DNA from: Longimicrobiales bacterium | GTDB lineage: Bacteria > Gemmatimonadota > Gemmatimonadetes > Longimicrobiales > Gaopeijiaceae | Direction: 5' to 3' | Assembly: GCA_041690395.1 (NCBI GenBank) | Contig: JAWLHJ010000002.1 | Location: 356,707 to 420,706 of the forward strand | Length of the DNA: 64,000 nt | In this document: positions 50,310-59,401 of the stretch, one piece after another | Numbering within the stretch: position 1 is the first letter of the stretch | How the letters are laid out: every line of letters starts with the position of its first letter | Notes under the pieces: model-generated | What the model was told of the DNA's origin: nothing | The model's input: only the letters and a program-made list of their open reading frames with translations | The model's database searches: none | Program-made: the position numbers and the translations under genes

Positions 50310-50403
50310 GGCGCTGACTTCCAGGACGCGGGGGATCGGACCTCTCACCCATCGAAGTCTACTATGGAGACATCGAGGCGCGCCAGAGGGGCCGTGTACC
50401 CGG

Positions 50404-51942
50404 CTAGTCGAACTCGCCCACGGCCCTCTTCACGCACTCCGCGATGAACGCCGCGAAGGGCTCGATCCTTTGCTCCACGCTCGCTGCTTCGAGCGCCGAC
50501 ATGTAGTTCGCCCGCTCCTCAGTGCGAATCACCGTCCACGGGTAGCCGCCCGAGGCCAGCATGGCGTTCATGACGAACCGAGCCACGCGACCGTTCCCGT
50601 CCGGGAAGGGATGGATGTATCCGAACAACCAATGGCCGAGCACGGCACGGACGGCGGGGTGGCTCTCCTGCTCCATGAGGTCGAACAGCGCGGGCATCGC
50701 CTCACGGACGGTCTCTGGCCTGGGAGGCACGTGCCGCGAATCCTGGATGTACACCGCACTCGTCCGGTAGCCCGCGAGCTGGGCTGCCTCGAGGAGGCCT
50801 GCCGTGACGGCCGGCTGAAAGAGGTCGCGATACCACGCCCGGTGCTGCTCCCGCGCAACTGCCGCGGCGGACGTCGGAGCACTCAGGACCTCCCCGATCG
50901 CTTCCCTCACGCGCTGGAAAGTCAGCCAGTACCCACGCGCGGCCAGGGCGTCCCGGCTCTCCCGGTCCTGCAGATTATCCGCCGGATTCCAGGCTCCGGC
51001 ACGGACCCGCTCGACGAGCTCGGCGGTGACGCGATATCCCTCGATGGAGAGGGAGTGGTACGCGTCTCGATCGTACATGGCGTCGACCCGCTCCAGGTAG
51101 ACGTCCGGCGTCGGAACGCCTGGCGGATCGGGGAAGACCTCGGCCACCGGTCCCCGCATGGCCTCCCACATCCCCTGCATGCGGGCGACGACGGCCGGCG
51201 TGCGCGCCCGGATCTCGGGCAGGTGTCGATCCGCCTCGAAGGGGTCGCTCTCCCGCACCCGATACCCGGCCTGCGACATCGTGTCCGCGATCTCGTCGGC
51301 CATCCCGGTACGACCGATCCGGCGAAGGGCCCCCGAGAGGCGCCCGGCGACGACGCTGTGATCCCCCTCCAGGAGGATGGTCAGGAGGTCGGAGGCGTCG
51401 CGGACGCTCGAGAGAGCGACCTGTGCCTCGACCGGCCGCTGTTGGTAGAAGCTCGGCTGGATGCGTACGAGGCACGCCGGGATCGTCAGTAGCCGCAGCC
51501 CTTCCGTCTCGGTCAGAAACCGCTTCTCAGGGAGGGCGTCCACGCCGTAGTCGAACAGGCTCGTCCCGGAGGGGAGCTCGACCGTGTTGTTGGACCCTGC
51601 GAGCGCGTGGACGACGACCTGTCGTGGCACGTCCATCGCCTCGGCCTGCAGCAGGAGAGAGAGTTCGGGGGACAGATACCATTCCTCTCCGAAACGCGCC
51701 TCGCAGTAGCGGCTGCAGAACTCCCAGAAGGACGCGTACCACGCGGTCGTGCCACCCGGGCGCCCGGACGGGTCCGTCGCCATCCACCAGCCGCGGACGA
51801 CCGGTGCGAGGAAGCCTGCCGCCTTCAGACGGTCCCGATGAGTGCGGGAGAGCTCATCCGACGCGAAGACACGTGCACCATCCCTCTGCAGATCGGCAAG
51901 GACCCCCAGGGACTCGGCCAGCTTCTCGTTCGGTGAACGCAT
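50404..51942 (-). CDS. Fic-domain protein
   Basis: Canonical HPFPDGNGRVAR; SLSIEG inhibitory-helix motif. Confidence 0.9.
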   Translation of the reverse strand: MRSPNEKLAESLGVLADLQRDGARVFASDELSRTHRDRLKAAGFLAPVVRGWWMATDPSGRPGGTTAWYASFWEFCSRYCEARFGEEWYLSPELSLLLQAEAMDVPRQVVVHALAGSNNTVELPSGTSLFDYGVDALPEKRFLTETEGLRLLTIPACLVRIQPSFYQQRPVEAQVALSSVRDASDLLTILLEGDHSVVAGRLSGALRRIGRTGMADEIADTMSQAGYRVRESDPFEADRHLPEIRARTPAVVARMQGMWEAMRGPVAEVFPDPPGVPTPDVYLERVDAMYDRDAYHSLSIEGYRVTAELVERVRAGAWNPADNLQDRESRDALAARGYWLTFQRVREAIGEVLSAPTSAAAVAREQHRAWYRDLFQPAVTAGLLEAAQLAGYRTSAVYIQDSRHVPPRPETVREAMPALFDLMEQESHPAVRAVLGHWLFGYIHPFPDGNGRVARFVMNAMLASGGYPWTVIRTEERANYMSALEAASVEQRIEPFAAFIAECVKRAVGEFD

Positions 51943-52074
51943 CAGGGTCGACCTCGATCCTCGCGATGGCATGATCGCACGTGTTTGCCGTGGCACCATC
52001 TCACGTTTCTGCTGTGGCATGATTACAAGTGTATACTGCAGTCGCTCCGATCGCTACTCCGACCTACGAACGAC

Positions 52075-53352
52075 TCACACGATCCCCAGCCACACGATCA
52101 CCGCCGCGTAGAAGATGCCGGCGATCCCCACGGCGAAGAGCTGGCGGAACAGCCGCTCCCGGTCGACGCCGAACCCCGCCGACGCCACGGCCAGCGCGCC
52201 GAGCGTCGAGATGGGGCTGTTCGTCACCATGTGCGCGCCCATGACGATGGACGAGATGATGCGGGTGGAGTCGCCCCCGGTCTCGGCCACCAGCCCCGGT
52301 ACCGTCGGGATGAGCGTGGGCAGCACGACGCCCGACGCGCTCGACACGAGCGACAGCGTGCCACCGATAAGCGCCATGACCGGCCCCGCGGTGCGCTCGT
52401 TCATGATGCGCGTGAAGCCGTCGGCAAGGAGATCGATTCCGCCGGCCTGCTCGGCCACGTTCACCAACACGGTCACGCCGCAGACGAGCATGATGGTCAC
52501 CCAGGGGATGGCCTGGAACGCCTCGACCTCCTTGGCGGCGCGGAGGAACAGGAGGACCACGGCGCCGGCGAAGGCGGTCAGGCCGATGTCCCAGCCCAGC
52601 CCGACGATGCACGCGACGACCACGAGCAGCACCGCGACCGTCGTCTTCTGGGCGCGGTCGAGCCCCGCCGCCTCGGCCACCCGGGCCCCACCGGCGCCCG
52701 CGTCACCCTCGGCCGCCCCTGCGCCCGCGCCAGCCGCGACGCGGTCCCTCCGCTCCAGCCGGTGCCCCTTCAGGAAGAAGTAGAGGATGACCGCCAGGAT
52801 GCTCTGCCCGATGATCTGCTTCATGAAGATCGGGCCCGCGATGTCGAAGCCCTGCTCGGCGCTCAGCGTGTTGGCGATGATGCCGGTCGGCGCCAGCGGC
52901 GAGAGCCCTCCTGCGTTGGATCCGGCGATGACCATGGTGGCCATGAGCAGCGGAGAGATCCGGTGATCGACCGCGACGGTGAGGGCGATGGGCAGCACGA
53001 TGGCGCACACCACGATGTTGCCCGCGCCGACCGCGGCGAGCACGCCCGCCATGAGGAAGAAGGCCGGGGGGATCAGGCGGGTCTCGCCCACCGTGGCCGC
53101 CACCGCGCGCTCCGCGAGGATGGCGAGCGTGCCGTTCACGCGCGCGATGCCGAAGAGCAGCGTCATGCCGAGGAGCATGAAGAAGAGCCCGAGGGGCCAT
53201 CCCCCGACGATGTCCCCGCCGGGCATGCCGACCATGAAGCGCCCGATGACGAACGCGAACGCGATGCTCACGAGTCCGACGTTGACGCGCCCGAGCGTGC
53301 CCACGGCGATCGCCACGACGATGGCCGCGAGGGAGAGGGCGGCGGCGATCAC
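52075..53352 (-). CDS. SLC13/MatC-like dicarboxylate permease
   Basis: Multi-TM; VNVGL N-terminus, AGGLSPLAPTG, SPISTLGAL; GTGA overlap with matB. Confidence 0.75.
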   Translation of the reverse strand: MIAAALSLAAIVVAIAVGTLGRVNVGLVSIAFAFVIGRFMVGMPGGDIVGGWPLGLFFMLLGMTLLFGIARVNGTLAILAERAVAATVGETRLIPPAFFLMAGVLAAVGAGNIVVCAIVLPIALTVAVDHRISPLLMATMVIAGSNAGGLSPLAPTGIIANTLSAEQGFDIAGPIFMKQIIGQSILAVILYFFLKGHRLERRDRVAAGAGAGAAEGDAGAGGARVAEAAGLDRAQKTTVAVLLVVVACIVGLGWDIGLTAFAGAVVLLFLRAAKEVEAFQAIPWVTIMLVCGVTVLVNVAEQAGGIDLLADGFTRIMNERTAGPVMALIGGTLSLVSSASGVVLPTLIPTVPGLVAETGGDSTRIISSIVMGAHMVTNSPISTLGALAVASAGFGVDRERLFRQLFAVGIAGIFYAAVIVWLGIV

Positions 53353-54968
53353 GCCGTCTCGACTCCGGGGCCGCGCTCCTCGAAGAGCTCCTGCACCGCG
53401 GGCTTCGTGACCTTGCCCATGGCGTTGCGGGGGAGCTCCGGAAGCGTCATGAAGAGCGACGGCACCTTGTACGGGGCCAGGCGCTCCTTCATCCATGCCC
53501 GGAGCTCCGTCCCGTCGAAGGAGCGGTCCGTCCCGGCCGTCGGGACCAGGGCCGCGGCGACCCGCTCGCCCCACTCCTCGTCGGGCACGGCGACGACGGC
53601 GCAGTCGGCCACACCGGGGTAGGTGCGGAGCACTTCCTCCACCTCGAGCGCCGACACCTTGAAGCCGCCGGTCTTGATGATGTCGACGCTGCTCCGTCCG
53701 AGGATCCGGTAGGCACCGTCCTCCAGGACCGCCATGTCTCCGGTGGAGAACCACCCGTCGTGGAACGACGCTTCGGTTTCTTCCGGTCGACGCCAGTACT
53801 CGCGGAACACCGTGGGACCCCTGACCTGGATCTCGCCCGGCTCTCCCTCGTCGTCCACGGGGCGTCCGTCCTCGCCGACGAGGCGAATCTCGACGCCCGG
53901 AAGCGGCCGGCCCACGAAGCCCGGTCGGCGCTCACCCTCGAGCGGGTTGGAGAGCGCCATGCCGATCTCGGTCATGCCGTACCGCTCGAGGAGGGTGTGG
54001 CCGCTCACCTCCCGCCATCGCTCGAGCATGCTCACGGGGAGGGCGGCCGAGCCCGACACCATGAGGCGCAGCCGCCGGCACCCGTCGCTCCACGCCTCAC
54101 GACGCTCGGGCGGCGCGGCTTCCCACGCCGCGAGCAGCTTGGCGTATATGGTGGGCACCGCCATGTAGAGGGTGAGGTCGTCGCGGGCGAGCTCGTTCCA
54201 GACCGCCGACTCCTGGAACGTGGGAAGGATGGTGCAACGGGCGCCGGACCAGAGGGCGGCGGTGAGCACGTTGACGATCCCGTGCACGTGGTGGAGCGGA
54301 AGCGTCAGCAGGATGTGGTCCTCGGCGCTCCACGCCCACGCCTCCACGAGGGAGCGCACCTGGGCCTCGATGTTGGCGTGGGTCGTGACCACGCCCTTCG
54401 GCCGGCCGGTGGTGCCGCTCGTGTAGAGCATCATGGCCCGGCGGGCGGGGGCGATGGCGGGTAAGGCACGGAGGGAGCCCTCCTCCGGGCCCGCGCCGAA
54501 CCGCCCACCTGCCCCACCCCCGACCAACGCGGCGCTCGACAGGACGGGCAGCCCCCGCGCCTCTCCGAGCCGCTCCATCAGCGACGGATGCGCGACGACG
54601 GCGACGGGGTCGGCGTCCTCCAGGACGTACTTCAGCTCCCGGGGCGGGTGCGAGACGGCCATGGGAACCGCGATCCCTCCTGCCCGCCAGATCCCCCACT
54701 GCACCGCGGCGTACTGGAAGTCCGGCGGAACGAGGAACGCCACCCGGTCCTCTTCCAGATCGTCCCGCTCCCCGAGCAGCGCCCGGGCCACCGCCTCCGA
54801 CGCGCTCAGCAGATCGTCGTAGGTGAACGAGCCCTCCGTGGCGCGGATGGCCGTGCGGTCTCCGTGGGCGCGGGCACGGCGCACGAGCGGAAGCTCGCCC
54901 GGTGGGGCGCCCCCTGCCGAGACGTCCCCCTCGGGCGCCGTATCCGCGGCACCTCCGTCTTCCGTCAT
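53349..54968 (-). CDS. matB: Malonyl-CoA synthetase-like acyl-CoA synthetase (MatB/ACSF3)
   Basis: YTSGTTGRPKG, LPLHHVHG, ERYGMTEIGMALSNP, PRNAMGKV. Confidence 0.8.
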   Translation of the reverse strand: MTEDGGAADTAPEGDVSAGGAPPGELPLVRRARAHGDRTAIRATEGSFTYDDLLSASEAVARALLGERDDLEEDRVAFLVPPDFQYAAVQWGIWRAGGIAVPMAVSHPPRELKYVLEDADPVAVVAHPSLMERLGEARGLPVLSSAALVGGGAGGRFGAGPEEGSLRALPAIAPARRAMMLYTSGTTGRPKGVVTTHANIEAQVRSLVEAWAWSAEDHILLTLPLHHVHGIVNVLTAALWSGARCTILPTFQESAVWNELARDDLTLYMAVPTIYAKLLAAWEAAPPERREAWSDGCRRLRLMVSGSAALPVSMLERWREVSGHTLLERYGMTEIGMALSNPLEGERRPGFVGRPLPGVEIRLVGEDGRPVDDEGEPGEIQVRGPTVFREYWRRPEETEASFHDGWFSTGDMAVLEDGAYRILGRSSVDIIKTGGFKVSALEVEEVLRTYPGVADCAVVAVPDEEWGERVAAALVPTAGTDRSFDGTELRAWMKERLAPYKVPSLFMTLPELPRNAMGKVTKPAVQELFEERGPGVETA

Positions 54969-54979
54969 GCCGTCCGGAA

Positions 54980-56494
54980 TCACTCGACGGCCGGCACGGC
55001 CTGCAGGAGCAACTCGAACGCTTCGCGGAGCGCCTGACCGCCGGGTCCCGCGCCGGTGTACTTGCCGATCCGCACCACGACGAGGTCGTGCGTCGGGATG
55101 ATGGTCGTGCTCTGGCCGCCGGCGCCCCGCATGCTGTACGCGGTGGTGGGGAGTCCCTGCCCCCCTTCCCCGTTCACCCAGAAGAACGCGCCGCCGTACT
55201 GCAGCCGGCCATCGGCCTCCCAGGCGGGCGCGACGGTGGAGGCGTAGTCGACGTATCCCTCGGGAAGGATGCGCTCGCCGTTCCAGACGCCGTCCTGCAG
55301 GTACAGGTTGGCGAGCCGTGCCCAATCACGAGCCGGCATGAACGCGAGTCCCTGCCCGAGGAAGTTCCCGTACGGGTCGGTCTCGATGACGGCGTCGCGA
55401 ATGCCGATGCGGTCGAAGAGGGCGCGCTGCGGGAACGAGTGATAGTCCTCGCCACGCGCCTCGACGGCGAGGCGCACCAGGTAGCTCCCGAGGACGGGGT
55501 CGGTGTTGCGGTACCGGCCGACCGTGTTCGGCGGCCACTGCTGCGGGCGGGTCGCGGCATACTCGAATGAGTTCGTGGTGCCCGTGTACAGGTAGTAGTG
55601 GTCGGCGTACATGCTGTCGTCGTAGTCCGGATCGGCCGGAGCGTTGATCCGGAGGCCACTCGACATCCTCATGATGTCGCCGATGCGGATCTCCTGCCGG
55701 GAATCCCCGGGCGCCTGCCACTCGGGGAACGGCGCGGGCTGCCACAGCTCGTAGGCACCCTGCTCGATGAGGACGCCGACCAGCGTGCCGGTCAGGCTCT
55801 TGGTCATCGACCAGCTCTCGAGAGGCGTGTGCATGTCGACGTCGTCGCCGTAGCGCTCGCCCAGGATGCGGCCCTTGTAGGTGACGACCAATCCGAGGGT
55901 CTGTGCCTCGGCCGGACCGAAGCCCACGTCGAGCGCACGCTCGACCAGCTCCATGTCGACCTCGGCGGGAAACGGCTCGTCCGGCAGCACGTCGCCCATG
56001 GGCCAGGGCGTGGTCTCCGCGGGCGGCAGGTTACGCGCCACCTCGCTCGGGGCGAAGTAGACCGAGTCCTCCCCGATCGGGTGCGCCACGCATCCCTGGT
56101 TCGCGTAGCGCTTGGCGGTGCGCGTCACGCCGTCGGGGAGCGTGAGCGCGACCATCTGCCGATCGAAGTCGACGATGGTGTCGACCACGTGCCCGCGCTG
56201 GTCGAACGGCGAGATGAAGCCCCCCACGTTCTCGGCCGCGTCGTCCGGGTCGAGCCCCGTGATGAACACCGCGGAGCACAGGATCTTGGCGAAGCCGGCC
56301 GTCTGGTGGTGGAGCGCCTCTCCGGGGGGCGGCACGTACTCGGTGTCGAGCTCGAGGGCGGCGGCCCGTGCGATGAGCTGCTCGTCGGACCCGTCGCTGG
56401 TGGGGATCTCGGGCGCGTCGGGTGCGCCGGGTCCGCAGGCGACCAGCCCCGCGAGCCCGAGGAACAGGAGCGAAGAGCGCGAAAGCGGAGCCAT
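54980..56494 (-). CDS. Serine hydrolase lipoprotein (class C beta-lactamase/esterase fold)
   Basis: LVAC lipobox; SMTK (SxxK), YRN (YxN). Confidence 0.85.
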   Translation of the reverse strand: MAPLSRSSLLFLGLAGLVACGPGAPDAPEIPTSDGSDEQLIARAAALELDTEYVPPPGEALHHQTAGFAKILCSAVFITGLDPDDAAENVGGFISPFDQRGHVVDTIVDFDRQMVALTLPDGVTRTAKRYANQGCVAHPIGEDSVYFAPSEVARNLPPAETTPWPMGDVLPDEPFPAEVDMELVERALDVGFGPAEAQTLGLVVTYKGRILGERYGDDVDMHTPLESWSMTKSLTGTLVGVLIEQGAYELWQPAPFPEWQAPGDSRQEIRIGDIMRMSSGLRINAPADPDYDDSMYADHYYLYTGTTNSFEYAATRPQQWPPNTVGRYRNTDPVLGSYLVRLAVEARGEDYHSFPQRALFDRIGIRDAVIETDPYGNFLGQGLAFMPARDWARLANLYLQDGVWNGERILPEGYVDYASTVAPAWEADGRLQYGGAFFWVNGEGGQGLPTTAYSMRGAGGQSTTIIPTHDLVVVRIGKYTGAGPGGQALREAFELLLQAVPAVE

Positions 56495-56678
56495 ATTACC
56501 ATCCCGGTCGGTGGTCGAACGCACCTCCAAAGGGCGACGGCAGCGAACGTAGGTCACGGTTTCCGGAGCGGCAAGGAATCGCGCCGGGCGCACGCCCATG
56601 GCTTGTCCGCGGGGCGGCCGGGGCCGAGTATCGGGTTGAATCCACGCACGCCTCCCACCCTTTCGACGGGACTGCACC

Positions 56679-56828
56679 ATGCTCAAGTGGATCCGGGACG
56701 CCCGCATCGACTTCAAGACCGGCGTCATCCTGATCGTGATCACCCTGGCCGTGTGGGCCGCCGTGGTCTATCTGAACATGAACGACGTCGTGGAGGAGTT
56801 CAGCCGGCCTCCGTCGGGAACACCGTAG
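56679..56828 (+). CDS. 49-aa single-TM small protein (below ORF-track cutoff)
   Basis: MLKWIRDARIDFKTGVILIVITLAVWAAVVYLNMNDVVEEFSRPPSGTP; mostly G/C-ending codons. Confidence 0.6.
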   Translation: MLKWIRDARIDFKTGVILIVITLAVWAAVVYLNMNDVVEEFSRPPSGTP

Positions 56829-56840
56829 ACCGGGGGCTGC

Positions 56841-57539
56841 ATGACGCCTCGAACCTTCTACCCGCGGGCCTGGCTCTACCTCTCGCTCGCGCTCGTCGTG
56901 GTCGTGGCCGGCTTCTTCCCGAGCTATTTCGGCCGGCTGGCCGCCATGGACCGCGCGTATCACCTGCACGGGGTCACGGCGACGCTCTGGATGTTGCTTC
57001 TGGTCGCGCAGCCCCTGCTCCACCGCCTCGGACGCTGGGATCTGCACCGCAGGCTCGGGAAACTCGGCTTCCTGCTCGTCCCGGCCGTGGTTCTCGGCGG
57101 CCTCGTGATGGTCCACCGGATGCTCACGTCGCCGGACCGCTACCCTCCTGACATGGCGTACCAGCTCGCGTTCATCGACTTCTACGTGCTGGCGCAGTTC
57201 GTCCTGTTCTTCGTGCTGGCCATGAAGAACCGCCGCGACATGCAGCTCCACGCGCGCTACATGGTCGGCACCGTGTTCGGGGTCCTGGTTCCCGCGCTGA
57301 CCCGCGCGTTCATCGTCTTCGCCGGGGTTGCCACGTTCGGACTGTCGCTCCACCTGAGCTACGTGGCCGTGTACGCGGTGATTCTGGCTCTGCTGGTGCA
57401 CGACGTCCGCTCGGGCGGTGTTCGCCTACCCTATGCGCTGGCCTTGGGGCTGATGATCGTCCAACATGCGGGGATGAGCTTGGCGCCGACATGGTCGTCG
57501 TGGCGGAGCCTCATGGACGCGTTCGCCGGCCTGGGGTGA
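56841..57539 (+). CDS. Polytopic membrane protein with conserved His residues
   Basis: HLHG..W..L..Q, LHRRLG, LHARYM pattern. Confidence 0.75.
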   Translation: MTPRTFYPRAWLYLSLALVVVVAGFFPSYFGRLAAMDRAYHLHGVTATLWMLLLVAQPLLHRLGRWDLHRRLGKLGFLLVPAVVLGGLVMVHRMLTSPDRYPPDMAYQLAFIDFYVLAQFVLFFVLAMKNRRDMQLHARYMVGTVFGVLVPALTRAFIVFAGVATFGLSLHLSYVAVYAVILALLVHDVRSGGVRLPYALALGLMIVQHAGMSLAPTWSSWRSLMDAFAGLG

Positions 57540-57557
57540 GGCGCGGCCACCCACTCC

Positions 57558-58016
57558 CTAACGAACCGGCTGGATCGCTCCGACCGCCACGTGATCGCGC
57601 AGCCAGGTGGTGACGATCTCCCCCACGGTGCGCCCCAGGTCGTCGAGGCCCTCGGGCTTCTCGAAGAACGCGTCGGCGCCGAGGCCGAGAGAGCGGTCCC
57701 GCGCGCCCGGATCGTTGGAGGCCGTGAGCACCACGACCGGGAACGGGTCGCGCCATAGCCGCCCCGTCACGTGCTCGAGCACTCCGTAGCCGTCGATGTT
57801 CGGCATGATCAGGTCGAGGATGACCAGATCGGGGAACGGGTGTGAGCGGCGGTCCTGGAAAGGCGGTGTCCCCTCGAGATACGCGATCCCCTCTCGGCCG
57901 TCGCCCGCCACGCGGACGTCGAGGCCGGGAAACGCGCGTCGGGCCGCGACACGAATGAGCGCGGCGTGGTCACTCGCGTCTTCGACCACCAGTAGCGTCG
58001 GCTCGGGTGCGAGCAA
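57558..58016 (-). CDS. Single-domain response regulator (Rcp1-like)
   Basis: LVVED, PDLVILDLIMP, VVLTAS, EKP; start uncertain. Confidence 0.85.
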   Translation of the reverse strand: MLAPEPTLLVVEDASDHAALIRVAARRAFPGLDVRVAGDGREGIAYLEGTPPFQDRRSHPFPDLVILDLIMPNIDGYGVLEHVTGRLWRDPFPVVVLTASNDPGARDRSLGLGADAFFEKPEGLDDLGRTVGEIVTTWLRDHVAVGAIQPVR

Positions 58017-58210
58017 GTTGGAGAACCTCAATGGAAGCGGAGGAGGGTGGGCGCGTATCGCGGGGACGAGTGATAAGATGGCGAACGGAACCAAATGTTT
58101 CCAGCGGATTCTTTCTCGACGGCGTATCGAAAGGGTATCCGGGGATGGCCCAGGCCCCTCCCGCGCCCCATAATGGAGGCATCCCTTCCACTTCATGGAG
58201 AATCCCACAG

Positions 58211-58813
58211 ATGCGAAAAGCGATCTCCCTCGGGATGCTCGTCGCGGCGCTCGCGCTCGGCGCACCCGGCCAGATCGACGCCCAGGCGGCCTCTGACGGC
58301 CTGCTCGAGGTCGGCGCCATGGCGCCCGACTTCGCGCTCCCGGGCGCCACGCGCTACGGCCTGCTCGAGGAGCCGGTCCGGCTGAGCGACTACGAGGGCA
58401 AGACCGTCGTGCTGGCCTTCTTCTTCCGCGTCCGAACGCGTGGCTGAACAGTCCAACTGACAGCGTACCGTGATCAGTACGCAAGCCTCTTCAAGAACGG
58501 ACAGAACGTGGTCGTCATGGGAATCAGCAACGATTCCCCCGAGGAGCTCCGCTCCTGGGCCTACGACGCGGACTTCCCGTTCCTCTTCGCCAGCGACGCG
58601 GCCAACGAGGGCCGTACCTACGCCGCCTTCGGCGGTGGGCTGAGAGACAACAACATGGTCGACAGCCGCGCGGTGATCGTGGTTGGGCCGGACGGGCGCA
58701 TCGCGGGCGTGATCCCGCAGTTCAACCAGGTCGACCCGGGAGCATACGACGAGCTCGCCGCCATCATCGACCGGGTGACGCCCGAGCCCGAGGAGCCCGG
58801 CCTGGCGCGCTAG
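58211..58813 (+). CDS. Exported peroxiredoxin-like (AhpC/TSA) probable selenoprotein; in-frame TGA 58445-58447 = Sec79
   Basis: Signal peptide; VGAMAPDFAL..LSDYEGKTVVLAFF-FRVRTRG-TGA-TVQ continues in frame to GISND..RAVIVVGPDG. Confidence 0.85.
58463..58482 (+). promoter_or_regulatory. Putative bacterial SECIS hairpin
   Basis: GCGTAC-CGTGATCA-GTACGC after a 15-nt spacer from the TGA; identical in the paralog. Confidence 0.7.
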
Positions 58814-58990
58814 CGCGCCACCGGGATGACGGGCGAACCGCCCGGGCGTCCGTGCACGAGGGTCGGTCCGGCATGTGCCGGGCCGGCCCTTTCCCATGAG
58901 AGCTCGTGTGCGCCACGGAGGTCCCACCCCGACCAGGGCCACGGTCGCGGCCTTCCACCCTGAAACCGTCTCCCGCTTCCAACCGTAGTC

Positions 58991-59030
58991 TTCTCCATAT
59001 TGTCTCATCTACTTAGACAACATTGGAGAA
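58991..59030. promoter_or_regulatory. Inverted repeat upstream of PadR (operator or RBS-sequestering hairpin)
   Basis: TTCTCCATATTGTCT-N9-AGACAACATTGGAGAA. Confidence 0.5.
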
Positions 59031-59035
59031 ACCCC

Positions 59036-59401
59036 ATGCCGCCAGGTGATCGCAACATCCTGCCCGGGACGCTCGAGCTGCTGGTGCTCCGTGCCCTTCG
59101 GGACGGGCCGGCCCACGGGTTCGCCGTGTCCAAGGATATCCGCCGGCGCTCGGACGGGGTCGTCGACCTGGCCGACGGCGCGATCTACCAGGCGCTTCAC
59201 AGGCTGGAGAACGACGGCTTGGTGGCGAGCCATTGGGGCCATTCCGAGAAGGGGAAGCGCGCCAAGTTCTACGACCTGACGGACGACGGGCTCGCGCGCC
59301 TCGGGGCGGAGGCCCGGGCCTGGCACCGCTTCGTGGACGCCGTGGCCGGGATCCTGGGTCCCGAGTACGCCCCCGGCGGCCGGGGCACCGGCGCCCGATG
59401 A
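59036..59401 (+). CDS. PadR-family transcriptional regulator (acidobacterial type)
   Basis: LPGTLELLVL, HGF, GAIYQALHRLE, RAKFY. Confidence 0.9.
   Translation: MPPGDRNILPGTLELLVLRALRDGPAHGFAVSKDIRRRSDGVVDLADGAIYQALHRLENDGLVASHWGHSEKGKRAKFYDLTDDGLARLGAEARAWHRFVDAVAGILGPEYAPGGRGTGAR

Noticed and set aside
58007..58813. Treating the split redoxin ORFs (also 62119-62889) as pseudogenes or separate small genes
   Set aside because: The TGA sits at the same catalytic position in both paralogs, the frames are intact and a conserved hairpin follows
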